Shown piece by piece: positions 35,073 through 45,874 of a DNA stretch of 64,000 nucleotides. A program made the position numbers and the translations under genes. This DNA comes from Leidyana gryllorum EB-2025a (taxonomy: Eukaryota; Protista; Apicomplexa). Where the stretch lies: the NCBI GenBank assembly GCA_048772705.1, contig JBLWGC010000102.1, positions 1-64,000 of the forward strand, written 5' to 3'. A model generated the notes under the pieces. That model was not told where the DNA came from. It worked only from the letters and a program-made list of their open reading frames with translations, and did no database searches. How positions within the stretch are numbered: position 1 is the stretch's first letter; each line of letters begins with the position of its first letter.

Positions 35073-36730
35073 ATGAAAGTCAGTATCATCAATCTGAGTC
35101 TAGGTGAGCCCTTGTTGGTGGAATGCGAGTCCATGTGGCAGTATAGAGAACGAAGCGGCTCCTATCAGCCTTGAGGTGGATCCAGACACACAGTTGGGAA
35201 CTCTCAAGTCGCTGATTGAGGTTGAGTTACGGATTCCAACCTTGCGTCAGGAGCTGGTAATTGATGGCTCAACGAATCAGTGAGTTGTTGTCTGGCTAGT
35301 TAGTTCCACTGATTGGGTGTTCCACTCGTAGTGATGACAACAGCACACTTCAAAGCTTGAATGTACACGAGCATGACGTGATTGCGGTCCGAGATCGTCA
35401 GTCTCTGGTAGGGCCAACTACTACCCCCGGCAGCCTGCAAGAGCGATATGCGTCGATGAATGCCAACCGTCAGACTCAGAACATTGAGTTGTTCCGGCAG
35501 GGTACGTGATGTTGCTTGTGACGTTGTAGCAACTACACATTCTTTCTGTTTGTCACACAGTCGCGCGAACCCAAGCTGCTAAGCTGATCAGTGCTATGTC
35601 ACACCCCCAAAACTTACGTCAATTGGAGCAACAGCAGCCGGCTTTAGCGCAGGCTGTCAAGAATAACGACATTGAAGGGGTGGTTGACCAATTGGTTCGC
35701 ACATGGCAATCGTTCAACCAAGGGCCTCAGGATCCACGTGCCCTCTTGGCAATGCAAAACCCAATGTCGGCTGAGGCTCAGGAATATATGATGGAGCAAA
35801 TAAGGCAGCAGGCGGTGGACGAAAATCGTGCGTTCGCCTGTGAGGTGATGCCGGAAGCCTTTGGAGACGTAGTGATGTTGTATATTCGAGTTGAGGTCAA
35901 CGATGTGCCGGTATTGGCATTTGTTGACTCGGGTGCACAGGTGAGGTGGATATATGGAGAGAGTTTCGAAGAGCTCATCCTACTCTCAGGGTACAATAAT
36001 GTCTGAGGCTTGCGCGCGGCGATGCGGACTCGAGCGCATCGTGGACAGGCGATATCAGGGAACGGCAACCGGTGTTGGTTCAGCTCGTGTGGTGGGACGG
36101 ATCCATCTGGCTCAGATTAAGTGTGGGGGCGTATTTTTCCCCGCTTCATTCACTATATTGGAGAATCAGAACGTAGATTTACTATTTGGTTTGGATTTGC
36201 TCCGACGACACCAATGCTGTATCGATCTCCGACAGCAAAAGTTGTTCCTGGGTACCGAGACGTCGGTCCCCTTCCTGAGCGAGGCGGATATCCGAGCGGA
36301 CCACGAGCAGAATATGATCCAAAGTATGATCAATTCTCCCACTGCGCTCAAATCCGCTGCACAACCGTCGGGCACCAATGAGCCCACCGAGACTGCTGAC
36401 CGAAACACGGGCACAGCGGCCGCTGCGCGCAGTACAAGTAATGGTCCAACTGGATCCCGTGTGCGACAGGCTGTGGAGGCTCTGAGTGCCGCTTCCTCAC
36501 AACAACAAAGGCGGGGTGTGCATACCCAGGAGGATCTCAATTACGGAGGAATGCTCATCGAAGAGTCGAAGGTTGAGCAGTAAGTCCGACCGACTATTGT
36601 TCTTTGGTGATGTCGCTGGCCACTCGACAGATTGGTGAACCTGGGATTCGATCGAGAGCGGGTCCGACAAGTTCTCCGGGAATGTCGAGGAGACACAGAA
36701 ATGGCAGCCGCTCGTTTGGCTTTCGGCTGA
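35073..36730 (+). CDS. DDI1: DNA damage-inducible protein 1 (UBL + retropepsin + UBA), multi-exon
   Basis: UBL (ISLEVDPDTQLGTLKSLIE), PEAFGDVVMLY...AFVDSGAQ|GTIMS, DLLFGLDLLRRHQCCIDL, and a last-exon UBA (QLVNLGFDRERV...GDTEMAA). Confidence 0.95.
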
Positions 36731-36889
36731 AGAGAGCGAGAGAGAGAGAGTGAGAGTGAGAGTGTCAGCCAGTGTCGTGGACAGAGGACTAGCGACCAAT
36801 GTGTTGCCCAATGTGATCGTGGAGGAGGGTGAGGGGGGGCGGGGGAATCGCCATTGCCCATCTTTTAGTTTGACCCTAACTGCCTGACT

Positions 36890-37788
36890 CTATTGATCTG
36901 GATGCTCTTCTAGATAGCGATCCCTATTTCGTGCTGCTTCGATGGCTTCCATTACTAAGACGAAATTGTATGGACAACAGAATAAGGCTCCCGTCTCGAC
37001 TCACCTATTCCCCTAAAACCGCGTTCCTCCAGTCTTTGGGCCGCAGCAGCGCGGACAGTGTCCATCTCGGGATTGAGAAGGTAGTTTTGGAGCTGAGTAT
37101 TCCCTTGGGCCAAAGCGAATTTAGCATTGCAACCAGTGATGTGGGCAGCCATTTCATTGGCAATATCTCTTGGGAGGCCTCCCACAACAATGGCATCGGC
37201 AACAGCTTCAAGAAGTAGAAAAACATAAGCCGGACCGCAGCCAGCAGCACAGGTCCAGCCCGCTAGGAGGCGTTCCGGAATAAAGTAGGCACGTCCAACA
37301 CATTCAAAGAGTAACTTTGTAAGCTGGAGGTCGGCTTGAGGTGTCTGACTATCCGCACAAATGGCAGTCAGTCCCTCTCGTGCTTGGGAGGGCGTATTGG
37401 GCATTGCACGAACGATACGATCGGTTCCCAGATTCCATGATCTGAGACTTTCGCAAGATATAGATACAACAATCGAAATGATAAGTTTGTCGCATAGCAA
37501 ATTGTCGCGGGCCAATGACTTCAGCACGTCTTGGCAGGTCTCAAAGTTGACCCCGACAATGATTATTTGGGAGTTCTGTGCCAACTCTGCGGGTGTGGCA
37601 CATCGCACGCCGTACTGTCGCACACTGGGCAACTTGGAAATGTCGGTTTTACGTGTGGAGGCCCAAACAGAGTCGAAGGACACACGTGTGTCCGCCAACA
37701 TGCCCTCCATGAGGGCCTGCCCCATGTTGCCACATCCCAGAAAACCTATGCTCGGAAGCTGTTGATGCTGTGGTGATGATGTGGGCAT
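36890..37788 (-). CDS. proC: pyrroline-5-carboxylate reductase family protein (divergent), 2 exons
   Basis: IGFLGCGNMG, IVRAMPNTP, AGCGPAYVF and LEERGFR. The last exon reads VMEAIEAARNR...*. Confidence 0.85.
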
Positions 37789-38624
37789 GGTGGCTGTGTG
37801 TTGTTGTTGTTGTTGATGTATAACACCTTTTTATTCCCTGGATGCCTCTTGTCTTTCGTAGAAGAGCGTCCGTTTCTGCAAGCTGCTAAGCTTATGCTGA
37901 TTGGTGAAGGGCGGCAGCGAAAGGGCTGTCTGGCGGCCTCGATACTTTCCAAGGCGGCTCGTGCACAGAAAAAAGTGTAAAGAGCTACAAGAAGATGAGC
38001 GATGGATGTTCACAGCGTCCCGACTCTCCAATGTGCGATTGTCCCGGGACCTGAGCCCCATTCCTCCGTAACTTTGAATATGTAAGCACTTGAGAGGGAG
38101 TTAGATTCTGTCAGTCAGTCAATCAGTCAATCAGCTGATGAGTGTGTGTGTGTTATTCGAGGGTGTGGAAAAAGATCGCTATCCCTCGGTAGTCTCCTTG
38201 GCACTCGCAATAGTAGAGGGTTCTCTCGAGGGGCCGAGCTTGTGCTCTGTTCTGTACACTCCCCTCGAGAATGTGAATGGGTTTTCACGGGCACCGATAG
38301 CTTCTGTACATCATTGTTGCGCCGTCGCCTCGCCCCATTTTGATTCCAGTTGAGATTTCTTCAGTTGCAAGTTGTGTATTAATTTCTCCGGTGGGTCACA
38401 GTGAGACATCGATATCTGTACAATAGCCCTTCACAGTCAATGCGACCAATGAAGGGAAGAACTTCTTCCAAAAAAGAAGGAGTTAGTTGTCTACTTGACG
38501 ACAGCCAGTCCAATCGACCTTCGCTTTAGTATATCCACATTATCAACACCAACTTCAGGGTTGATCCGGAATATACCGCCGATCGACGACTTACCACTGC
38601 CAATAGACAGTCGGATATTCAGAG

Positions 38625-38672
38625 TTGAGTGTAAGTGTGAGTGAGTGAGTGTGTGTGTGTGTGTGAAGTGAG
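38625..38672. repeat. (GT/GAGT)n microsatellite
   Basis: Direct reading. Confidence 0.75.
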
Positions 38673-38839
38673 TAAGTGGATCTCCACATCAGGAACAAGG
38701 CCGCCATCCGCGAGAGCGGTGTGTCCTGTGTGGATGAAAGTCTTCGTATTAATGGAATGTAGTATGTGTGTGTGTGGCTTGGTCTTCTCTTTCTTCGTGT
38801 GTGGGCGGCTCCTTGCATGTGTGGTGGAATTAGTGGAGA

Positions 38840-40530
38840 TTAGTCATATGTGTAAATCCAATCGATAGTTCGCTGAAAGCAGGCATTGTCGTCGCCAAGT
38901 TTAATCAGGCCGTAGGGTTCTCTGGTGTCGCCGCTGACCCGAATTATGTCCAATGGGTAGTGGCGACGTCCAGCTTCAAACGCACACAACCCGACGTCGC
39001 GGAACATCACGACCTGACCATCAATATAGACTTTGGTGGGGGTTACATCTCCGTATACCAATCCGCGCTCCGCCATGTGCATCTCAAATTCACGCAAACG
39101 GTCGACCACGGCATCGCGATCGGCGTCAGTTAGCACTGCGTCCACGAGTGGAACCGCTGCAGGTGCGCGCCGCTGTACCACCGCTACATAGTCACCTGTG
39201 CGTTCTAATCCAAGTAAAGCTGGGGATGCCCCCAGTTCTGCTAACGCCCGCGCCGCTATGGCGCATGGACACCGCCGCGTAAACCACACAGTGACTAGTG
39301 TTGCTGGTAGAAAGGAGGTCGCGACGGTGCGCCCTTCGAACACCAATTCACTTGCTCCCAAGTCGTCAAAGTCGAGTTTTAGCTGTCGCTCATAGATCAG
39401 CGACACACTAAGACCATTTGGGGCCTTTAGGGCCTCTTCGCAACAACATTGTTCATCTGCTCGGTGTAAGTTGTCAATGGGAAGCAAGCTAAAGTACCGC
39501 AGATAGGGATCGTACCCCACATTCAGCTTCTCTATCGGTGACGCTGGGCATAGTCGACTGAGCCATGGAGCAAATTCAGACCACATACTCGGTGCTCGCT
39601 TTGGACACGCCAATGCGAAGATCCGCATAGCGTGCAACCCGCACGCCAAACTTTGAAGTATAGCTTCGCGGTTTCCGCTGAGACAGTATACTTCTTTGTA
39701 GGTTTCAGCTGCTGTGAAGTGCGCCTCGTCAACGGGCAATTTGATTAACGCGCCAAAGGCAACACTTCCTCCTGAAAACCCGAGATCGAACACCAAGTCA
39801 CGTCACGACGAAGATAGATAAATAGCATCATGTAAGTGTGTGTGTATGTATGTATGCAGGTCAGCTCCCGTCCCCGTTGCCACAACCACAAGTTGCGGAT
39901 ATGGAAGAATGCGCGCGAACTCCTCGTCAATGGAATCTCCCGGCTTACCTGCTATTACCAGCAGGGGACTGGCGGCTAGCATTCCTTTAGGTGCTGCGAA
40001 CTGGGTGCTTAGGAGTGCGGCTTCTTGAATCACCACTGTCAAACCCCCTTTTGTTGAACACTTCAACTTGCAAATGCCCGAAAAGGCACCGCCAAGTAGA
40101 TCGAAGTCCGCATAGGTAGCTGGCACCTGGTTCACATTCGCTGTTCCGAAAAGAGCACACAACAATGCGTGCATTGATTGACGCGCTTCTACTCCGGCAG
40201 CGATTGTGCCATCTGCCAAGGAGACTAGCGTTGTGGCCGCTTGTGCACACAGTCGTTTCTCTTCTGCACTCGTCAGCCGCCAGGCTAAATCGTCAAATAA
40301 CTTCTCGCAGTACCTGGCCACGGACTCAAATAGTAGTGGGCCCGGAACTGGCGGAGATAGCCTGTGCCCCACCCGAGCACAAATCAGAGTGATCTCGCTC
40401 AGTTCAAGCTTCGCTCGGGCAAGTGCTTGGCTCCCCGCCTTGCATTGTCGGACGGGGTTCCAGATTCGGCCCTGTAAGGCGCCTAGCAACACTTACCGTA
40501 CACCAACCATGCAGACATACCTTTGTACAT
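38840..40530 (-). CDS. putative degenerate restriction-endonuclease-like + kinase-like (pseudokinase) protein
   Basis: ORFs 39803..40492 and 38840..39796 share a frame and join through intron 39948-39772 (177 nt, CAG|GTAAGC...TTTTCAG). The C-terminus reads 'RGLVYGDVTPTKV...MFRDVGLC'. Confidence 0.55.
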
Positions 40531-40578
40531 ATCTAGACACCAACTCCCCAAATTGTAAACAAAAAGTAACACCGACTA

Positions 40579-41721
40579 TCAAATCCACCAAAGAGACGCA
40601 ACGGCTATCTGTCTCCTATGCAAAGCTATAAGGCCCCCCAACTGAATGCACCTGGGGACTCCCCGCCTCCGCCTCCGCATCCCCTCCTTCAAATGTCTCC
40701 GCAGTCCGCACCACCATATTCACAAACCCGTAGACTCGCCCGCCGTCCCTATCACCAACCTCTCACAGTACCCACAAACACTCACTGATATACGTAAGTA
40801 CACTGAACCATCAGACAATCATCAGCAAACACCAAGTAACAGTGGTCAGGAACCCGCGAACTTGACACCGGCCGCCCAACCACCTTCAGCAGCGAAGAGA
40901 ACCTCGCATACTTGAGCACTCTCCTACATTCCCAACATCAGATCACATCAATCTCAACCACCCACCGATGCTCCGATCTCAATGTATTCTCTTTATTCGC
41001 AGGGATCACCGTCGTCCCAGCCAGAAGCCACTGACTCGCCGTCGCAGGCCCCGACGTTGTTATCCTCAATGGAACGTATTGTTGCAGGCCATCGTAACCC
41101 GAACCCTCCGACGCCGGGAAAGCACACAGTGTCACCTGACATTCAAACCAGCTCAACTAAAACTCCCAATAAGATACTCACAGTGCCCGAGTCCTGATGC
41201 TTATGCTCGCGGTCCAACTGCGTCTTCAACTCCGTAAGAAGCGCCGGTACAACCGGCAACTTATCAAACTCGTCACCTCGGATGTCCCCAAAACCGTCAT
41301 ATGTGTCATCCGTCGCCAGTTGAGTGATCAACGTTTCAGTCCGTAGCGTCGGACATGACAACTCTGTCGTCGATACTCGTAGTTTCTGGCCAATCAACAC
41401 AAATTCGATAATGTCGGTTTCTCTCTCTCGCAACTCTATTGCTCGCTGCAAGTTCACCCCAGACACCTCAATGGTCGGATAGTCACGGCGGTGGTCATAT
41501 TTACTGAAGAAGCTCGAAGGATACGACACAGCTATTGCTGTTGCATCTTGGATGAATTTCGTTTGCAGTACCAATCGATCAACACTCGGAAACAGAGAGA
41601 CACGCCAAGCAAGTGATTTGGGCGCCAGACTTGCCAGATGCTTCAGTGTGTCATCAAAGAGCTGCGCATGAGCTGGTGACAACTCCGCATACCATTCATC
41701 CGGCAGACCTTCCTGTACCAT
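40579..41721 (-). CDS. PCNA-fold sliding clamp-like protein (Rad1/Hus1/Rad9-like), about 4 exons
   Basis: N-terminal helix/strand pattern with 'SYPSSFFSKY...IEVSGVNL' typical of 9-1-1 subunits. The length after splicing is roughly clamp-sized. Confidence 0.5.
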
Positions 41722-41800
41722 TCTCTTATTTATCTCAACTTAAAGCTTCTTTCTTCCTTAGATTCTTTCACACAATCGTCACGTCACGTCTATAAATAGC

Positions 41801-43045
41801 CTAACCAGATGTGCATTTAGTCGCTAATAATCCAGGTTTCTCGCACTGACACGGCTCCGCACCTGTTTCGATCGGCTTCATCGGGTTCTCCAGGCTTTTT
41901 ATAGCCTCCCAAGAGAATCCCTCGCGTCCAAAGTGGCCATAGGCTGCGGTTCCCGCGTACACCGGTTGTCGCAGATTCAGGTAGTTGATGATTCGACCAG
42001 GCCGGAAATCGAAGGCGCTACGTACAATATCCTCCAACAAGCAGTCATTCAGGTCCTCTCGACAAGTTCCATAGGAGTCGACATAAAGAGACAAGGGCTC
42101 CACCAGTCCAATGCCGTAACTCACTTGTACCAGAACCCGTTGGGCCAAACCAGCCGCAACGATAGATTTAGCCACATGGCGAGCCATATAAGCAGCGGAT
42201 CGGTCCACTTTCGTGGGGTCCTTGCCGGAGAATGCGCCCCCGCCGTGACTCCCCCAACCTCCGTAGGTGTCGACAATGATCTTGCGTCCAGTCAGACCCG
42301 CGTCGCTATTGGGACCTCCAATGGTGAATCGGCCGCTGGGGTTTATGATGAACAGGGTTTTGGCATCCAGCATCTCTTTTGGTACCACGGGCAATATGAC
42401 CAGATTCTTCACATCCTCTTGAATTTGTTGATTGGAAACATCCGGCGAATGTTGTACAGAAACCAGGACCGTGTGTACTCTTTTCGGCTTAATATGTCCT
42501 TGTGCCTCTCGTACATATTCCACAGTCACTTGTGTTTTGGCATCGGGGCGCATCCACGGACAAAGACCCTCTTTGCGAACCTGGGAAATACGTTCAGCCA
42601 GGCGGCTGGCCAAACTGTGCGACATCGGCATCATCTCTGCGGTGTCATCACAAGCATATCCAAATACATGGCCTTGGTCGCCGGCGCCGATATCATCTTC
42701 ACTTCGACCGATATGTACTCCCTGAGCTATGTCGGGGCTTTGCTCGCAGATGGCGACTTTCACTTCCATAGTGCGGTAGTCCAGCCCTTTCTCTTCGCTA
42801 TCGTATCCAACTCGCCGAACCGTATCACGCACCACCTTCTCATAGTCCACCTGTCCATGACACGTAATCTCACCAAAGACCATCACGAAGTTTGGACGGG
42901 CACAAGTTTCACAAGCAACCTTCGCATTAGGGTCAACACGCAGACAAGCATCCAGGATAGCGTCACTTATTTGGTCACAGAGCTTATCAGGGTGCCCTTC
43001 AGATACGGATTCCGAAGTAAAGATAAAGGTCCGTTCGTTCGGCAT
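41801..43045 (-). CDS. metK: S-adenosylmethionine synthetase, intronless
   Basis: [19 protein letters not shown] and GGGAFSGKD motifs. Confidence 0.98.
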   Translation of the reverse strand: MPNERTFIFTSESVSEGHPDKLCDQISDAILDACLRVDPNAKVACETCARPNFVMVFGEITCHGQVDYEKVVRDTVRRVGYDSEEKGLDYRTMEVKVAICEQSPDIAQGVHIGRSEDDIGAGDQGHVFGYACDDTAEMMPMSHSLASRLAERISQVRKEGLCPWMRPDAKTQVTVEYVREAQGHIKPKRVHTVLVSVQHSPDVSNQQIQEDVKNLVILPVVPKEMLDAKTLFIINPSGRFTIGGPNSDAGLTGRKIIVDTYGGWGSHGGGAFSGKDPTKVDRSAAYMARHVAKSIVAAGLAQRVLVQVSYGIGLVEPLSLYVDSYGTCREDLNDCLLEDIVRSAFDFRPGRIINYLNLRQPVYAGTAAYGHFGREGFSWEAIKSLENPMKPIETGAEPCQCEKPGLLATKCTSG

Positions 43046-43110
43046 CGCTACAGACTATATGCCATATAAACAAAAATCACTCACTCGCCGGGCGGAAAAA
43101 ACAGGCAGTC

Positions 43111-45096
43111 ATGATGGCGGCAACAGCCGCGTCTGATGTGACAACTAATCCAGAGGACGCGCCGCCTCAAATTGGGCCAGATGGAGTAGTACGACACCCA
43201 CCACCACCACCACCGCCTCCAAATAAAGCTGCTGCCGATATCGAGCAGTATGACCCGGAATTGGAGGCCCTATCAACGCTGATGAACAACTTCAAATGGT
43301 CCGGTGATGCCGTGGAATCGTGTGCGCGCGCGATTATGAACCCACGCGAGACACATGAAAAGCGTTTGAATGGACTCATGCAACTTAAGCAATTGTTGTG
43401 TACTACTCGAGATAATGTATTCCAAATCGCCCAAGACGTAATAGACAGTGGAGTCCTCAAAGCGCTTGTACACCTGGTGTCGGCGGATAATCCCGACCCC
43501 ACCTTGAGACTGCCCGCGGCATTTTGCCTCACAAACATTGCAGCCGGTCACGACGACCAAACAGCTGCTGTTGTTCATGCAGGAGCAATTCCGCCAATCC
43601 TGGCGTTGTTGCGTAGTCGTGAAGAAGCACTGCGAAGGCAAGCTATCTTTTGTTTGGCCAACATTGCTGGGTCTACGCCCGAATATCGAGGCATTCTGGC
43701 GCAGCACAAGGACTACTTTTCGGGCATCATATATGCGGTTGACACCGCCCGCGATCCGAAAATGGAAGAACTGGCAGCCTGGAACATACGAAACATGTGT
43801 GTGTTGGGCGGTCCGAAGGTGTCTGAGCTACGGCAGGGGCTAGATTACTTTGCGGATCAAATTCTGCGCTACGTGCCCCAGGAGCCCGAGCCCCGTCATT
43901 TGATTGGGGGGGGCTTAGCGACCATGTCGGCTGTATTGTCTGGCCAAAACACGCCAGCTTGGGCCCGGAGCAATGTTTTTATCCCGGGTAGCGTTTACTT
44001 CCACAGTCAGGTGGGAACGACCCCTTCGTCAGTTCGTTTCGCTACGGAGACTTTCTCTCTTCTCTCACGAGAGCCTGAAGGGCGTGAGGAGATCTTTGAC
44101 CCTTCGTTGGCCATGGGATACCTCTTTCATGCGAAGTACAACTCGAATCAAAGCGTGCGAAATCACGCGTTGGAAATACTCTCGAACATTTGTGAGTATG
44201 GAACTGCTGAGCACCGCCAAATGGTGACGAGGGCTTCGGGAATTGCAGGATTGGGCGAGTTGCTGGCCGACTGGGTCAGTTACAGTCCCAATCAAAGAAT
44301 TTTGGCGGCTAGGATCTTAATGTTGCTCGCGAACGACGGATATGTTCCTCACGCTAATGCCATGACGGAGCGGAGTGTGATGACTCGAGATATCGCGGCG
44401 AAGATTGTCCAAAAGCGGAAGGAGCAATTACAACAAGTTCGAGGCGAGATGGATGTTCTGAGTCGAAGACGGCCAAGCGCAGAAGGTGAATGGACGCTGT
44501 CGGAGTGCAAGGCCTTGTTATACGAGATGGAGTGCAATTTAGAGCGCAATGACAAGTGGTACGGGGAGTCACCTGTTGAAGGTGCCTCGGTGTTGGAGGT
44601 CACTTACGCCATTTTGGCCCAGCTGGATCGTCCTGAAGAGTTTGCACTGAGGGAGAAATGCGGACGGATGATTGTTGCCATATTGGCTCGGGTGTCGGAG
44701 ACCGTGTTGTGGACGCATTTGACGCTGGATCTGTTCAAGTTGTTGTTGGACATACTGGACTTGGCTGTAGAGGTCGATTTGACAACAATAATGTCTGAAC
44801 CCCCTCCAACGAGTGGTAGTCATGACCCTGGGGCGAATGCCGTTGCCTGCATGACGCCTGGCGAGCCTCACTTTGAGCCTGGCGCTTTCGTGCTGGCGGT
44901 GCTGAGTGTGTTGGAAAGGTTGTTGCAGATGGGTGAGGACCTCCAAGTACGAGATGGGAGTTTGGAAAACCCGATGGCCGTCATGTTGCAACAAATGGAT
45001 GGGTTGACTAGGCTGGAGTCTGCTCTGGTTCGTGGAGCTCTGCCACAAGAAGCGGTTCACAAAACTATACAAATGGTACAAAAGTATTGTCGCTAG
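43111..45096 (+). CDS. importin-alpha-like armadillo repeat protein (divergent, no IBB domain)
   Basis: ARM repeats 'AAFCLTNIAAG...TAAVVHAGAIP', 'QAIFCLANIAG' and 'AAWNIRNMC'. The C-terminus resembles the importin-alpha Arm_3 region. Confidence 0.7.
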   Translation: MMAATAASDVTTNPEDAPPQIGPDGVVRHPPPPPPPPNKAAADIEQYDPELEALSTLMNNFKWSGDAVESCARAIMNPRETHEKRLNGLMQLKQLLCTTRDNVFQIAQDVIDSGVLKALVHLVSADNPDPTLRLPAAFCLTNIAAGHDDQTAAVVHAGAIPPILALLRSREEALRRQAIFCLANIAGSTPEYRGILAQHKDYFSGIIYAVDTARDPKMEELAAWNIRNMCVLGGPKVSELRQGLDYFADQILRYVPQEPEPRHLIGGGLATMSAVLSGQNTPAWARSNVFIPGSVYFHSQVGTTPSSVRFATETFSLLSREPEGREEIFDPSLAMGYLFHAKYNSNQSVRNHALEILSNICEYGTAEHRQMVTRASGIAGLGELLADWVSYSPNQRILAARILMLLANDGYVPHANAMTERSVMTRDIAAKIVQKRKEQLQQVRGEMDVLSRRRPSAEGEWTLSECKALLYEMECNLERNDKWYGESPVEGASVLEVTYAILAQLDRPEEFALREKCGRMIVAILARVSETVLWTHLTLDLFKLLLDILDLAVEVDLTTIMSEPPPTSGSHDPGANAVACMTPGEPHFEPGAFVLAVLSVLERLLQMGEDLQVRDGSLENPMAVMLQQMDGLTRLESALVRGALPQEAVHKTIQMVQKYCR

Positions 45097-45100
45097 ATAT

Positions 45101-45706
45101 ATGCTGGGAACGCTGCTTGAGAACGGCGCGTTCTTGATAGTTGGTTTGCTTTGGGGAGTAACAACACCGTTCGTGAGGAGGGCGGTAGTATCAACCAGTA
45201 GCACCAACGATGACAATGGCGAACCCAAAGAAGATGGCATCGGGATTTTGACCAATCAAGAGGATCGTTTTCACCGGCGTATTCTTTACAGACTGTTTGG
45301 CCCAGATGGACTCCACCTCTGTCAATGGAAAGTGAGCCTTTTCACGAATACTTGAGTTTGAGTACTCACCACTGATTCGAAGGTCTTGCTGCCCTATGCG
45401 TTCAATCAATGCGGCTCGGTGCTCTTCATGTACTTGTTAGGCCACACCGGTAAGAGATCGTACATGTGTATAGTTGCTATTCTTGCTATCTGTCTGCCCC
45501 AGCCATGTCAAAAGCCGTACCGACCGCGAACGCACTGGCATCCTTCTTTACTTTTCTAACTGAGCTGGTTCTGTTCCGCTCCATTCCCGACCGATGTAGG
45601 TGGACACACGTTTCAGCAACCTCCTCGACTCCGACAATGGCCTTCAGGGGGTATTCTAGGATGTGTGTTAGTGATCAATGGGGTGGTTCTATGCCTGGCA
45701 ACCTGA
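45101..45706 (+). CDS. TMEM234: transmembrane protein 234 (DMT superfamily), 4 exons
   Basis: VGLLWGVTTPFVRR, PYAFNQCGSVLF, SKAVPTANALA and GCVLVINGVVLC. Confidence 0.85.
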
Positions 45707-45763
45707 ATGGAATGGGTTCAAGCAAAATCAGCGACCGTCATTCAAGTCGGTCACTTAGACAGC

Positions 45764-45850
45764 CAGTCAGTCAGTCAGTCAGTCAGCGACAGAGAGGGGG
45801 AGGCAGGCGGACAGACAGACGAACAGACAGAGAGAGAGACAGTCAGTCAG
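45764..45850. repeat. (CAGT)n/(GACA)n/(GA)n simple repeats between convergent genes
   Basis: Direct reading. Confidence 0.7.
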
Positions 45851-45874
45851 TCCTTGACCAGCAGCCCACCCATG

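Noticed and set aside
39797-39805. In-frame TGA between two ORFs, suggesting selenocysteine or readthrough
   Set aside because: A canonical 177-nt GT-AG intron (39948-39772) removes the stop and restores the frame more simply.
41933-43069. 378-aa antisense ORF opposite SAM synthetase
   Set aside because: Same shadow-ORF effect as above.
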